Positions 1 through 14,193 of a stretch of 64,000 bases of DNA are shown here, piece by piece (within the stretch, counting starts at the first letter, position 1; the number at the start of each line of letters is the position of its first letter). Where the stretch lies: contig NC_043001.1 of assembly GCF_006345805.1 (NCBI RefSeq), positions 5,208,001 through 5,272,000 of the forward strand, given 5' to 3'. The notes under the pieces are model-generated. The model was given only the letters and a program-made list of their open reading frames with translations, had not been told where the DNA came from and did not search any database. The translations under genes were made by a program, and so were the position numbers. The DNA comes from Octopus sinensis. Taxonomy: Eukaryota.

Positions 1-1129
1 TGCTATGGAATATGTTTGTGTCTGTGTACGTGTGTAAGTAACCACATCTGTATGTATGAAATTATGTGTGCTTCTGTATACATGGACCGAATATTTGTGG
101 TTATGTGAGTGCACACATGCGCATGTGCGTGAGCCAGAATGCAAGGTAGTGTATACACGCACACACACATATATATACATACATATACGTGTATATATCT
201 ATTTATACACACACACACACACATATACATATATATACGCATTCATACACATCCATACATAAACATATGCATATCCATGCCTACACACACATACATTCAC
301 ACAAACACACCCATGAAGTCATGTAACGATTGTAGCCATTTAATAATTCCAAATCCGAAAGTGTATATTAGTTTTGCGTTTCACTAAGTTTATTTCATTT
401 TGTAATCAATCTTTTGCTGTCATTATTCATTAGCAATACATTTTTTCTTCTTTTTTTAATGTTTATTGAACTATTTTCTTATGATTTATTACACCAAAAT
501 TGCAAACAATTTTCTAGATTAAAATAATCGATAATTTCATTGTATTAAGAACTGTAATATAATAATACTCGTCTGCAAATCATATTAGCGAAACCAATAA
601 TGCCATCTCACAGAGAAATATTGGAGTCGCATTTTCATTTCTTGAGCATTAGTTTCCAAATGTTTTCATATTTTGTAATATGTGGTTCATCGTCTGGCGC
701 TCTATTTCCTTACACTTTTAGATATTTCTTATATACAATTGTGTCACACATAGCATATATGATTACTTCAGTAACTATAAGTATTTATGTAAGGTTTCAG
801 ATATTCTCGTCCATGATGTGCCATCACCATTATTTATACTTATGTTCCTGAACGATGGTAGGAAACGAATCTACAGAGTTACATATTCCTCAAGAATGTT
901 CGAAAAATTACATTTTCAATACACAAGCCAATGAAAGATATTCTTAGTGTGTAATTCTTATTCAAATTTTCATGAATTTTCTTTTCTTTCAACTAAATAA
1001 TTTCGTATTATATTTTTGTAGTGAATTTAATTCGCTTCTGTATATAGATATATATATATATATAGAATCCATTACTAATCAGCCCCTTCATAGCTATACT
1101 TACACCCATTCATATTCCCCCTTCTCTGT

Positions 1130-1400
1130 TTTTTTCTTCTTCTTCTTCTTCCTCTTCTTCTTCATCATCATCATTATCATCATCATCGTCGTCATCATCA
1201 TCACCACCATCATCACCACCATCTTCTCCTTCTCCTCCTTCTTCTTCTTCTTCTTCTTCTTCTTCTTCTTCTTCTTCTTCTTCTTCATCATCATTATCAT
1301 CATCATCGTCGTCATACTCATCACCACCACCACCATCATCGTCATCTTCTCCTTCTTCTTCTTCTTCTTCTTCTTCTTCTTCTTCTTCTTCTTCTTCTAC
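1130..1400. repeat. Compound (CTT)n/(CAT)n/(CAC)n microsatellite with an internally duplicated ~120-bp block
   Basis: The block catcatcattatcatcatcatcgtcgtcat...caccaccatc...atcttctccttc occurs twice, separated by (CTT)n. Confidence 0.85.
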
Positions 1401-1846
1401 TTCTCCACCCCCTACCCCTTAACTTTGTCACTAATGTTTTTTAGTATAAAACCTACGCTAATTCTATAAACAAGCCTGTCAATATAAATATTCTCCTGAA
1501 TTGAACTGAGACTGCCAGCCGCCACTGACCATTCAAAATACGACCATCAGGGCACACCCAGATTCTCCCATCCCCCTTTCCCCACCAGCCTTCTTCCTCT
1601 ACTACCCTTCCAAGAACTCACAACGACCTCCGACACACAAGTGCAAACAAGGGAGTCAGAGAAAGGCAGAATGCCACTTAAATCTGAACACTACTATAGA
1701 AATATTCTTTTAAAAAAACTTTTCTTCTAATTTTTCTAAATTTAATTATTTAATCGTTACAGTTGAAAAGGTCTCAAAATGACCGAAACCGGTACTGAAA
1801 TGTTCACTATAAAATTATTTTAGCATTTTCTATTTTTGACTTGTTT

Positions 1847-1877
<31 letters not shown>

Positions 1878-1994
1878 CTTTATTTTAAGCAGCAGAAAAT
1901 TCAACAAAATCTGTTACTCTACCACTGGTATTTGAGTACTCTTTTTTCCACCTTGTTTCACATTTATGTGTTTACTCCGGTATATATATATATA

Positions 1995-2070
1995 TAGGGA
2001 AAGGTTATGAAAAAAAAAACAAAAGACGAAACAGGTGGTGTACAAAACAAACAGAAGTATTAGTATATAT
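1995..2070 (+). repeat. Short (TA)n-flanked interspersed repeat; same family as 14190-14330 (possibly a Penelope-like terminus)
   Basis: gggaaaggttatgaaaa...caaaagacgaaacaggtggtgtacaaaacaaac...gtattag matches gggaagttttacgaaaataaacaaaagacgaaggcaggtggagtacaaacaaac...gtattag at 14194. Superfamily assignment is inference. Confidence 0.6.
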
Positions 2071-3324
2071 ATATATAAATAGAGAGAGAGAGGGGAGAAG
2101 TGAGGTCAAAAAATTGAAAACGCACGCAACAGGCGGCAATAAAACATCCAGAGAGATAGGCGATACAAAATCGGACAGGACAAAAAAGGGGACAGGTCAT
2201 CTGTGACCTTCTCTCTACAGCCAAGTTTCCAGATTATCCTTAAAGTCTCGGTCGGTTTCAATCGAGACAAAAATCTAAGCGAAGAGCATTAAATATTTCT
2301 ATGCGAACAAGGTCATTATACCATTCTTTTATTCTTTCCTTCACCCCTGCTTTCTTCTTTCTTTCCTCTTTTCTTCTCGCTTCCTTGGCCTTCTCTCGCT
2401 TTAATATACCTACTTTTCCTCGATTATCTTCCTTGTATCTTCTCTATGTCCCTTTCATGTTTTTCGTTTTTTCGTTTTCCCCCTAATTCTTCAACCCTTC
2501 TGCCCCTACCTCTCTCCTTTCCTTCCACCTGACCGGCTTTGGGCAGGCATGATCTTTCTTTCTTAGCTTGACTGCTGACCGCCAAGCATCTTTGCATTCC
2601 TGTCTAATGTCTTTCATCTCCCATGTTCCTACCTCAAGGCTTTCTTTCTATACACCCCAGTTCAACTTATTTCGTCTCTATTAATCGAAAGACAACTGTT
2701 TTTATTTTCTCGTTTCTTGTATTTATAATTGTGTAACACTTTCTCCGTTCTTTTTTCCGTTTCCATTTTTGTCTTTGTTGTTGTACACATTTGCCTGCTT
2801 TCTCCCCAAATATTTATTGCACTTAGCCTACATTTTGGGAACAAGCCAGTTCTGAAGAGTCAGAAGTTTGTTTACGTGTCCGTATCCTTGATACGCCAAA
2901 AGATGGAATAAAACCTGGTTTAAAAACAAGTAACGGCATAACTGAGAGGTGGGCTTCGTTCAACTAAAGCCCTTATATTACGCAGCTGCTGTCTAATGAA
3001 TGAAAGAAAGAAAATATGGTTCTGGAGAGTTATAAGCGTAGTAAAATGGCTTACCTCTCCAGGACTTTGATGTTGAAATGATTCCTACACCAGTGGACAA
3101 CGTTCCAACTTTAGCAATAATACTAATTTGGGAAGAAGAATTTAGGATAGGAACAGTGTCTTGACGATGATCTAGCTATGGACGTCTTGTACGTTGTAAA
3201 TAAACATACAACATAACATATAGTGAGTGTAAAATCGGACGGGCGATAAAAATAGAAGGTTCCAAATTTTTCATCGGTTATCGACTAATTGCTAATACAC
3301 AGTTTCGCACATTTAATGAAAAGA

Positions 3325-3625
3325 CTGAGGAAAACATTTCTCATGTTTACCACATGACGGTGAATGTAAGGAGATTTACTATAAATCAAGTGACCAATGT
3401 TATAGTATATCCCTCGAGAGAGCTGAGAATATTCTGCACAATGGACTTGGTATGACAAAAATTATTTCCCGGTGGGTGGGCACCACAGATTCTGACACTT
3501 GACCAAAAGTGTACCGTGCTCATCATATCACAGGAAAAGCTGACATTGTTTGAAGCGTATCCAGCTGGTTTCCTTGAACCTTACCTCTTTCAGGATGGGC
3601 GTTCGGTCAACCTCTATGCGCCTGC
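3325..3625 (+). mobile_element. Decayed mariner (DD34D-type) transposase fragment
   Basis: Broken translation ...ERAENILHNGLGMTKI.SRWV...LDQKCTVLIISQEKLTLFEAYPAGFLEPYLFQD resembles the mariner segment ERVQNIL...LGM.KVSARWVP..LT.DQK..R...S.ENL.LFEADP..FL.RF.T.DE. Confidence 0.75.
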
Positions 3626-3704
3626 TGCAATAAAGGCTAACGTCATTTCAACTTCATTCATGGGGGTGCCCTCAGTTTTGGGGGAATGCAGATGGCATTG
3701 TGTT

Positions 3705-4481
3705 TAGGAATATCTTCAAAATAACCACGCAATAAATGGCGAGTGTTATGTCTAATGGCAGAGGCAGAGGCAATTACTAAATGCCAACACTCAGGAAAAC
3801 TAGTGAAAATGCCCTTGTTTCATCAGTACCATCCCCCTGCATGCACACAAGCCCCTGGTTTCAATGGCTGAAAGAGTATCACCGGCTTCCGCAGCAGTTG
3901 TAGCGACACCGGAAGTACGAGGTCGTGGCTCAGTTTCTCGTGTAGGTGTCGGTCGAGCGGATGATTGACGCGATGATGGGTGAGTTGACGACGAGCGAGT
4001 TGACGTCGAACGAGTTGACGTAGGTGTCAGTCGTGCGGACATTTGACGCGACAACGAGTTTCTTGCCGCAGGTTTTGTCGAGCGCGATGACGAGCGTAAA
4101 TTCGCTGATGGAGGGCCGAAGCACGAACGGAGAACTTGTAATTGATTTGAAGACATTTTGAATTATGATGCGTTTTCGCTGGAAACCGTTACTTTTATAC
4201 TTCCTGTACCAACGCATATGCATGTAATGTATCCGCATGTAATTGGTCTACTACTAGTGTCATAATTTGAACGTAACATAAAATAGCTAAGAAAATGCAC
4301 GGGACGGCGAGTGCGCGCACCTCAAGCGATAAAGTAAACGAAAGCGAACGTAAACATACGTCAGCCGCTAAAAAGTCCGTGATAGATGTATAGCATTTCT
4401 ACATCGTATATTTACGTTATCCGCGGGTAGGCAAGCAAAAGTGTGATCGTATATTTGCGTCAATCGTTGTCAAAGGGTTAA
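3705..4481 (-). mobile_element. piggyBac-like element, left end with start of an ORF; truncated
   Basis: Minus strand reads TTAA|CCCTTTGACAACG (TTAA at 4478-4481). Subterminal AAATATACGAT occurs twice. TATAAAA lies ~40 nt before the ATG at 4156 of a Ser/Thr/Arg-rich ORF. CpG-rich relative to flanks. No partner TIR seen. Confidence 0.5.
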
Positions 4482-5836
4482 CATATTTATTCCCTGTTGT
4501 ATAATCTAGAACTTTGCAAGCAGTGGCGGAATGAAAAGGACGAGTCACACCAAGTATGATTTTTTTTAATATTTGGCTTACATATGTGCGCTCTCTTGGT
4601 AATGAAATTTACCTTCTAAAACATTATTCATGGCTAGGTGTCGAAAATCCAATGCATACAAGCAAACGTGATCGTAAGAGAATCTAATATTAGTTTGAGA
4701 GACATCTGCACTAGATAATAGGATTAATATCCTCACATTAAGTGTGATATTCCTATGTAATGTACGCTACAGTTTTATTCAAGTGTCACTTGTATTCATT
4801 AAAATGTCCGGTAACTATGAAATGACATGCCTGGAGAATATTTGAGCATACTTGTTTATGATCAGTTCTTAATTGGCGGATAACTATAATGAGGAATGAT
4901 AGACTCGGTCTCAATATATCAAGTGCATGAAAAGAAGATTGCATTATCTCTGCACTAATAATATCGAAACTGTACCAATTAGCAGGTGTTTCTGGAATGT
5001 GATAATATATACAAATTCAATCAGAACACAATAAGTATATCACTGCCGCTACGTTCAAATTGTCACGGATGGATTGAATTATTAACTGGTCGGAAGTAAG
5101 TGGAATCTGTTAACAGTGATGATATAAATAGTACATATAGCATAGATAATTCATCATTCTTTTACTACTAAAGTATATTCTGCACATATCTTTCATCTTA
5201 TGTCTTTTACTGAGTTTTTTCCCAAGTAAAAGAGGAAGCGCAAAAAACACTTATCTATCTGGTATTTGACATTTATGCGGACACACAGACACATATATTG
5301 TATATACGTTAGATATTGTACAATATATTATGTTTTATTATATTATATTATGATATATTATGTGAAGTGAAGGAGGAGATGATCAAGCATGAATTATGAT
5401 TTATATGGTATGGTATCACGTTGCAAAGAAGGGATAAATTTAGAGACGAGAAAATTTGTGAAAATAAATGAAAACGAAACGGGAAATGTAAGACAAATAA
5501 GAAAATGAAATATTTTGCTGTGAACGTCTTTGAAACCACAAAAATAAAATAATAACCAAATAGTAAGGAAAGCTGAAAATTTCATCAACGAATGTAGGAA
5601 TAATTATGTAGCATGTACAGTGTAAAATGACCATGGGGTAGTGGGATAAAGGAACTGGAATGTTTTGGAGGTATCTTGATCGAAGTGAAGGTTCGAATAG
5701 AAAGTAAGATTGTTTGAAAGTGGGAAGGAGAGCGAGGCAACATTAAAGACTGCAGATTGTATTAGAGTCACAGTCGAAGACTGTAAAACGGGATGTTGGA
5801 ACGGAAGATTTTTGTGTGTGTTTGCTAAAAGGTGTA

Positions 5837-6136
5837 TAATTTGTCTGACCAATATGTATCCAGTCTGTTGGCATAGTAATGAAGCTAAAGCACGCAAAGT
5901 AAAGCTACTGGGCAGAAATTGACCTTGCACTGTGCTGTGAATGCTCACTAAAGTTTAACGTTCTTGCTCATTTCAGTTGTTTAAAGCAGTGCTTGCAATG
6001 ATGTGTGCTAGAACCTTATAACGTGATGCGCATGTACAGCAAAGTACAGGGCTAATTTCTGCCCAGCAGCTTCACTCTGCGTTCTTGATTTCAGTTGCTA
6101 TGGCAACAGTCCGGATACTTATTGATCAACTTCGTA
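5837..6136. mobile_element. Fold-back non-autonomous mariner-type MITE
   Basis: 5847-5970 is an imperfect inverted copy of 6004-6127 (e.g. ctgggcagaaatt / aatttctgcccag). The right end reads TA-CGAAGTTGATCAATAAGTATCCGGACTG on the minus strand, a mariner-like terminus with a TA target. Confidence 0.7.
6094..6107. promoter_or_regulatory. RFX X-box motif (inside MITE inverted repeat)
   Basis: GTTGCTATGGCAAC matches the GTYNCYATRGNAAC consensus; function untested. Confidence 0.4.
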
Positions 6137-6415
6137 TGTCTTTCATCTCTGTATAAATTGCTGTTTGTCTATTTCTCTCTATATATTATTCATAACTGCA
6201 ACTTTCCTTATTTATGTTAAGGTATAATTCTAATAATCGCAAATAATTTAGAGGTAATTGCCAACTCTGAAAATATGTATTCGATAAAACATGCAAATGA
6301 GAATATATTCCTCACATTCACCGAATAAATCCTTCTGAAACTCTTCTTAATTTAAAACCATAAATCTCCTTTTCCTAGATGGTAATATACGGAATATATA
6401 TTTAATTTAATTTAA

Positions 6416-6429
6416 GTTCCCATGGTAAC
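6416..6429. promoter_or_regulatory. RFX X-box motif (not obviously TE-derived)
   Basis: GTTCCCATGGTAAC is a full consensus match; function untested. Confidence 0.4.
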
Positions 6430-6997
6430 AGCACGGTTTTGAGATTGCAGCGATTTTATGATGGAAACCTTAATTTATCTTTGAAACTTTCACTAGTTTC
6501 AGTTGTTAGAGTGAGGCCATGCTGGGGCACCACATTGAAGAATTTTCAATCGAATGTATGTTTGTGGGTGCAATACCCGAAGGCAAACAAAAAGGCAGAA
6601 GGCCGAACTCTTCAGGAGCTTCGGAATAGTCGAATGATGCTTTTTGCTAAGCATTGTATTTACTATATCGATCACTTTTACCCAACCACTAGAACAAACA
6701 TAGACAAAAACATGCATAGACAAGCACATATACACAGACACACACATTTATATTTTGCCAAATAATCCCATGCACTTTATATATCCTCACACATCTGTGT
6801 GTGAAGATAGATCTCCGTACAAGGGAGATGAGTTACAATAAGAAGTGTAACAAACCAGTGAAAAACAAATACAGAGCGCATGTGTTTATTTGCCAAAAAT
6901 AAAATGTTCCTCTCCAAATACAGCAATACCTTTTTTAACACACGATTTCACTTCAGGAACCATGTAACAGAAATTGGTAAACGTACACACACACACA

Positions 6998-7230
<233 letters not shown>

Positions 7231-7234
7231 TATA

Positions 7235-7447
7235 AACAATTGCAGCGTGGAAGGTGTTTGTAAGCCATTTAAGAAACACACAAAAGCATTTCGATTCCGT
7301 GCTGCATCGGATTTTTGTCAGTGAACAGGTCGCGGTCTTATAGCGACGAAAATATTTTGACAAATTAAACTTAAATGTTGAAGTGAATCGAACGGCTTTT
7401 GTGTGTTTCTTAAATGGCTTACAAACACCTTCCACGCTGAAATTGTT
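7235..7447. mobile_element. Palindromic MITE with ~60-bp TIRs
   Basis: aacaattgcagcgtggaaggtgtttgtaagccatttaagaaacacacaaaagc is mirrored by gcttttgtgtgtttcttaaatggcttacaaacaccttccacgctgaaattgtt. Confidence 0.85.
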
Positions 7448-7502
7448 TTCGTTCCAGCACACGATCTCAGATCAAATCACTTGCTATGCAAGTGCATCTC
7501 CG

Positions 7503-7541
<39 letters not shown>

Positions 7542-9126
7542 TGTGTGTGTCTGTGTGTGTGTGTATGTGTGTGTGTGCATATGTGTACACACAGGCGCGC
7601 ATCAGTGTACTATATGTACGCGTATGTATAGATATTTACGATGGGATTCTTTCAGTTTCCACCAACCAAATCAACTGGCAACGATTGGTCGGATCGAGAC
7701 TGTTCTAAAAAAACCCTTGCCCAAGTTACCAGATATTGGGAAGGTACACAAAAGCATGGGGTTTAGAGAATATCCACAATTTGATCAGAATATGTCGGCA
7801 TAGGGGAAAATATCTTTAAGATTTGGAAATTTCTATAAAAGATGAGAGTAACAATACTGAGACGTAATGACATCGTGCGTTCAACTTGGCAATTCCGTAG
7901 AAAACGACGTCAGTACCATTGGATACTCAGAATGAGGGCCCCTCAAGCTGGTTATTCGATTATATTTGTATTCAATATATATTGCAAGCGACATATATGG
8001 GGGGGGCAAAGAGAATCAAATAACCAGCGTGTGGAAGCATCCTCCAGGGATTACTATTGCAGGAAGGCCATTGTGTACACATGACATCGAATAACCATTT
8101 AGAGGACGCGTCCTCCTGATTTTAAGATGGTCGTAACGTCGTTTCCTACGGAACAACGAAGTTGAAATTGTATTAAACATTACTTATGTTGAAAATCTTT
8201 TCTAAATAATATTTGACAACTTTTCAAGTTTTTTAGTTGAGATTTTTCAATTTTCAATTTACATCAAGATGAGAACGACATCTCAAAATATCTACATACA
8301 ATTATACATGACAAAGACAATACTCTTTAATTCCATCGTTCTCTGAGATTCCATTGAGATTATTTTCTCATATCTTATAAAATTAAAATTGCGTTGAAAA
8401 AATGTTTAAAAACATCAGACATTTTAATAGCTCTTTAATCGACATGTATATATATATGTGATTATATATATGTAAATATATATATATAAGTTTATCTCAA
8501 CTAATTTTTGTTAGAAATTTAACTCAATATTTAATGTTATGGCCTTTCGTATACGAATATGTCAATGCAAACGATGCGACGGAAGATGGAAAAAGAGTGT
8601 ATATGCATATTTCTAGATTTATTGCTCTTTCGTCAGTACTGCATACAGCACATCAAATAGCCATGGAGTTGCTTCAGTTCCATAGAAAATCAATTTATTA
8701 TAGTAGTCTGCATATGGAGTACCACTTTCCAAGACTTATATTCTAACTAAATATTAACTCTTTCATGAAAAGTCTTTATATTTTATGGTTTATTAAACGT
8801 AAATGCTTCTGGAAGAGTTTCAAATATACTACTAAAATGGAAACAAAATATATTGTTCATTGAACACTAAAAATTAGAAACAGTGCAGTGCTTATAATCT
8901 CTCTATCGACAAGATTTGAACAACTCTATTTCGTTCAAAGAAAAATTAAAATTTCTAGAGATGATATAGACCGAAATATTCCAGAAAGAATGTCGTTGCC
9001 AAAAGGATTAAACTTATATGTTGAAAGCAATCCTTGACTCTAAGGGAAGTTTTACTTAGCAGTACCTTGAAAATTTTAGATTTATGAAACTAATATTTTA
9101 AATAGGAACTTTTTGGAAGTTCAATG

Positions 9127-9190
9127 TGTACAAGTCTGATCAAACTAATATCGGGACTGTTGCTATGGCAGCAGAGCTAATATACGCAAT
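9127..9190 (+). mobile_element. Solo end of the same mariner MITE family as 5837-6136
   Basis: tacaagtctgatcaaactaatatcgggactgttgctatggcagc aligns with tacgaagttgatcaataagtatccggactgttgccatagcaac. Confidence 0.55.
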
Positions 9191-9902
9191 GAGAAGTCAT
9201 TTGGTACAGTTTGATCTTGACGTCAGTCGCTTATGTACGTAAAGTTATGATTTTTTTACTCAATTCTGTGGTTTCTAGCAATGCTTGAAAGTAAAGCGTG
9301 TAGACAGTGGTCGCCTGGAAAAGAAAATCAGGCATTAGCTGTGTAGGATCTCCTTGATTGTAACGGGGAAATCGCAAACTCTTTCAAAAGGTAATGAATA
9401 GAGGGATATGGCCATGACCCCGCAACCAAAGAAAGAATCATATCCTACTTTTCACGACATTGTGAAAATCAAAAAAACAGTGTGACAAGTCAGCTGTTTG
9501 TTATTGCAATTCAGGATATCCAGGAAAGTTTACCTCCGCGGAAAAGACATTGGATACATTTTGTAGCTTCAGAAGTCATCGTATAGGTGTGATATAGCCC
9601 TTCCCATTACTTCTGCTTCATTTCCTGACCGTGTATTTACATTAACACTTTGGTCTACGTCTTTACTGCTGCCATTCATTTCTCTGTCTTCGCTTGGCAC
9701 GTTATCTGTTGTTGTCGTAGTATATCTATTTTCTTCAATTTCCATGTCCGTTAACCACCTTTTGCTTTTATTGTCTTTGACTGGTTGGTTAGCCGTTGCT
9801 CACATATTTCGAAGATTATTATTTTTATTGTTGCATCTTTATCACAGGTTTTGTAGTAGCTCCTAGAGTCTGGCATTAGTAGCGGGCTTATTAACTGCAG
9901 CT

Positions 9903-10997
<1,095 letters not shown>

Positions 10998-11016
10998 AAT
11001 AATAATAATATTATTA

Positions 11017-11067
<51 letters not shown>

Positions 11068-11086
11068 GTTATTATTATTATTATTC

Positions 11087-11398
11087 AGAATTTTTTTATA
11101 TCGTGCTTTCACTTCACTACCAAGTGCAGCTCTGTGTGCCTTGGGTATGTGTTGTGATTTGTTGTGTTGTGATTTGTTGTGGTGCTTTGATGGTTACTGT
11201 ATTGAAAGTGTTCTGCGTAGAATGTGTGCAGTGCCCAGTAGTACAATTTTCTGTATGTTATATGTGTTTGCAAGTCCTGGTGTTTTTGTTACGTATTTGT
11301 CTGAATATTCTGTTATCATGTCTCATGCACCTATTATGATAGGAATTGTTTCTGTTTTTAGATTCCATATTCTAGTTACCTCTATTTCCAGGTAATTT
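11087..11398 (-). mobile_element. 3' end of a second, different R4/Dong-like family
   Basis: Minus translation LEIEVTRIWNLKTETIPIIIGA*DMITEYSDKYVTKTPGLANTYNIQKIVLLGTAHILRRTLSIQ*; distinct 3' UTR followed by (TAA)n. Confidence 0.85.
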
Positions 11399-11477
11399 CT
11401 ATTATTGTTATGTTTAATATTATCATCATCATCGTCATCATCATCATCATCATCATCATCATTATTATTATAATTAA

Positions 11478-11900
11478 TGAGTGAGAGAGCAGTACTTGCC
11501 ACAGAAGTGACACTGATAGAAATATACGAAGTTTACTCATCATAACTACCCGTCTGATAAGAGTACACCAGGCACATGTATCGCAACCACGTTTGTGAGG
11601 CATGGTGATCTCATATCAAGATTATCAGCGCAAGATCTTCCTGGTGGGACCCTGTTAAAATTTTCTTCAGGTCGAATACTCCAACCTGTTCAAACGATCC
11701 CTGAATAAAGGTTGATTAAGGATGTTGAACGGAACACCCTATATTTCCAGAGGTGACTTATCCAAACGCCAAAGAATTCCTTTCAACACATGGTTATGAT
11801 GCTCCCCCACTACTTCTGCTCGTTACCTGAGATGCACATATCGTCAGCCAGTAAGGGATATAGGCTCAACTGTTTAACGTCAAACATCTGACAATGTTTC
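11478..11900 (-). mobile_element. Non-coding interspersed repeat with TAA-type tail (SINE-like); second copy at 28625-28965
   Basis: Collinear blocks shared with the 28.6 kb copy (gagagcagt, aatatacgaag, ccaggcacatg, catggtgatct.atatcaaga, ttcaggtcga.ta, aggtgactta, actacttctgc). Confidence 0.75.
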
Positions 11901-12267
11901 ACGTAGTTGTGTAAACATTGGGATGTATGTGTAGTCGTATGGGTATTAAAATGTATATGAAATGTATATCAAATGTAGACATTCGAGTGTATGCGTAATC
12001 ATTCAATTTATGTACATACTGTTTTGTTCTATTTATATTTTCATAATTGTTTACCATTCCGGTGTTGATTTCATTTGTGTATTTCACACATGCTTCACTG
12101 AGACATCGTGCATAGGAGGAACTGTGCTTTTTATGGTTATAAAATTTCGTTTTTATGATTATTTTGGTTAAAAGACCGTTTCCTTCAAGTCTTCCACAGG
12201 TTCCTTTATCCCATTCCACCTATGATTAGATTTGTTTTTGAATGGAGATCCAGGTGTAGTAATCCAT

Positions 12268-12340
<73 letters not shown>

Positions 12341-12344
12341 CATC

Positions 12345-12412
<68 letters not shown>

Positions 12413-12460
12413 GTTACCATCATCATCATCATCATCGACATCGTCGTCGTCATCATCATA
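12268..12460. repeat. (TAT)n/(CAT)n microsatellite
   Basis: Direct inspection. Confidence 0.95.
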
Positions 12461-14114
12461 TTATTATCTTCATTATTGTTGTTGTTGCACTGCATGGAAA
12501 CTAAGAAGTCGATTTCAATTCTATGAACCGTGTTTGGATAATGATAATCTATTTTGCTTACTTCAATTGTGTCCCTTATAAATTGAGAAGATTATTGATA
12601 ACGTCATATTTTATATTCTAAGATATTCAAAAGCATTGAAAAGAATGTGACACCTTCAGAAAGAAAAGAATAATTGTGTAGATCATTATTAAGACACAAA
12701 CAGATTATTGAAATTTTGTGATAAAAAGATATAAAGTGTACGGCTGAAAGTGTGTCTAAATTTAATGTGTCGTAATGATTGGTCTTAATCGACAGAGTGA
12801 AGTCACTGTTTCCTGCTATAATTTATCGACATCATATATTTCTGTTTGAAGCGAATACATGAAGAAATCTAATGAAAGTTGCAAAACAACTGAACGGAAA
12901 TCAGGAAGAAAATGTTCGTTTGAAATGTATTTATTTTATCAATTTAAGCGTTTCCTAATAATATCGCGAACTAACATTACCCTTTTCATTGTTACACGAG
13001 AGCAGAGAGAGAATGATCGTGATTAAATGCTGATAAAGAGCTGATAACTAAAATCATACTGGTGATGTTGTTTCCAGCGAAAAAGCGGACGACATAATTA
13101 CAGCGATAATCTTTATTGCTTGCTAATATCGCGTGTCTATGTCACGGTTTAACGAAGATATTCAACAATGACGTGTGTTTGTGCTGTATTCGAGGAAACA
13201 AATTATTTACATTGAAACTTGCCTGGAATGATATCTTATTTGATTTTATATATGCTGCGCCGCTTGTGTGTTTATAGAATTGATGTTTATCATCCGTGCA
13301 AGTTTACATTTTCTCATATATATTCATTAGACTATAATATATAAAATACTTTCTGTATATTTATATACTTGGCGATTAATCCCTTACTGTTAGTTTCATT
13401 TAAATATAATTGTTCATTATTTCTACACGTCAATATCATCTCTGACATAATTTGCCTTTGTAGGAGCCGCGTTTTGCTTTTTATATTTAACTTTCAGCAT
13501 TCTAATGTGTACGAGAAAATTACATCATCTTTATTTGAGAAATCGGATTAAAAGTAAGAAAGAATCTCTGTAACTCGCGATCTTCATGAATGTCGTGAAC
13601 GTTAAACAACTTTCTACATACATGGAGAGGAATTATCGCAAACACTCAGAGATATTAAATGAATTATGTTAAAATCGGTGGAAAAAACATACGCAAGTAT
13701 TGCAAATCGATGTCACTAGTATTTTGGAAGATATCAGCAGGAAAAATAGATTTCTGACAAGTCACCATAGTAGTTTGGAGTGAATGAAAATAAAATCACA
13801 AAATGGGGGTTTCCTGTTTTGGTGTTCATAAGATTCCAACATAGATTTTTGCGGGGGTGGGGAGCATGTTTCATTTCATCACTAAATATTCTGACTGATA
13901 CTTGTGCTCCCTTGTTTGAGGCTCTTCAGCCATTTATCCACACTTCAGCCATTTATCCACACTAAATGCCCTAAAACAGTGTGGATGCTGTTTTAGAGCA
14001 TTTAATCCTCTCCCGGGTCTCTCCTCTTCGTTTCATCGCAAAATTAGCGTTTTCCATGTGCAAGTACTTTTCACTCTTCTCTTTTGTTATTTGTAGTTTC
14101 GATTTGCCTACGTA

Positions 14115-14189
<75 letters not shown>

Positions 14190-14193
<4 letters not shown>

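Noticed and set aside
2500-2950. Possible RTE-like LINE 3' remnant on the minus strand
   Set aside because: Too degenerate to read a convincing motif by eye
9300-9745. Short minus-strand ORF MEIEENRYTTTTTDNVPSED... (58 aa, 9569-9745) and broken downstream frames
   Set aside because: Stops early; possibly a decayed L1/Tx1-type ORF1, but no motif I can confirm
13989-13999. GTTTTAGAGC, resembling the start of a Cas9 CRISPR repeat
   Set aside because: Single 10-mer in eukaryotic DNA; no repeat-spacer array and no cas genes
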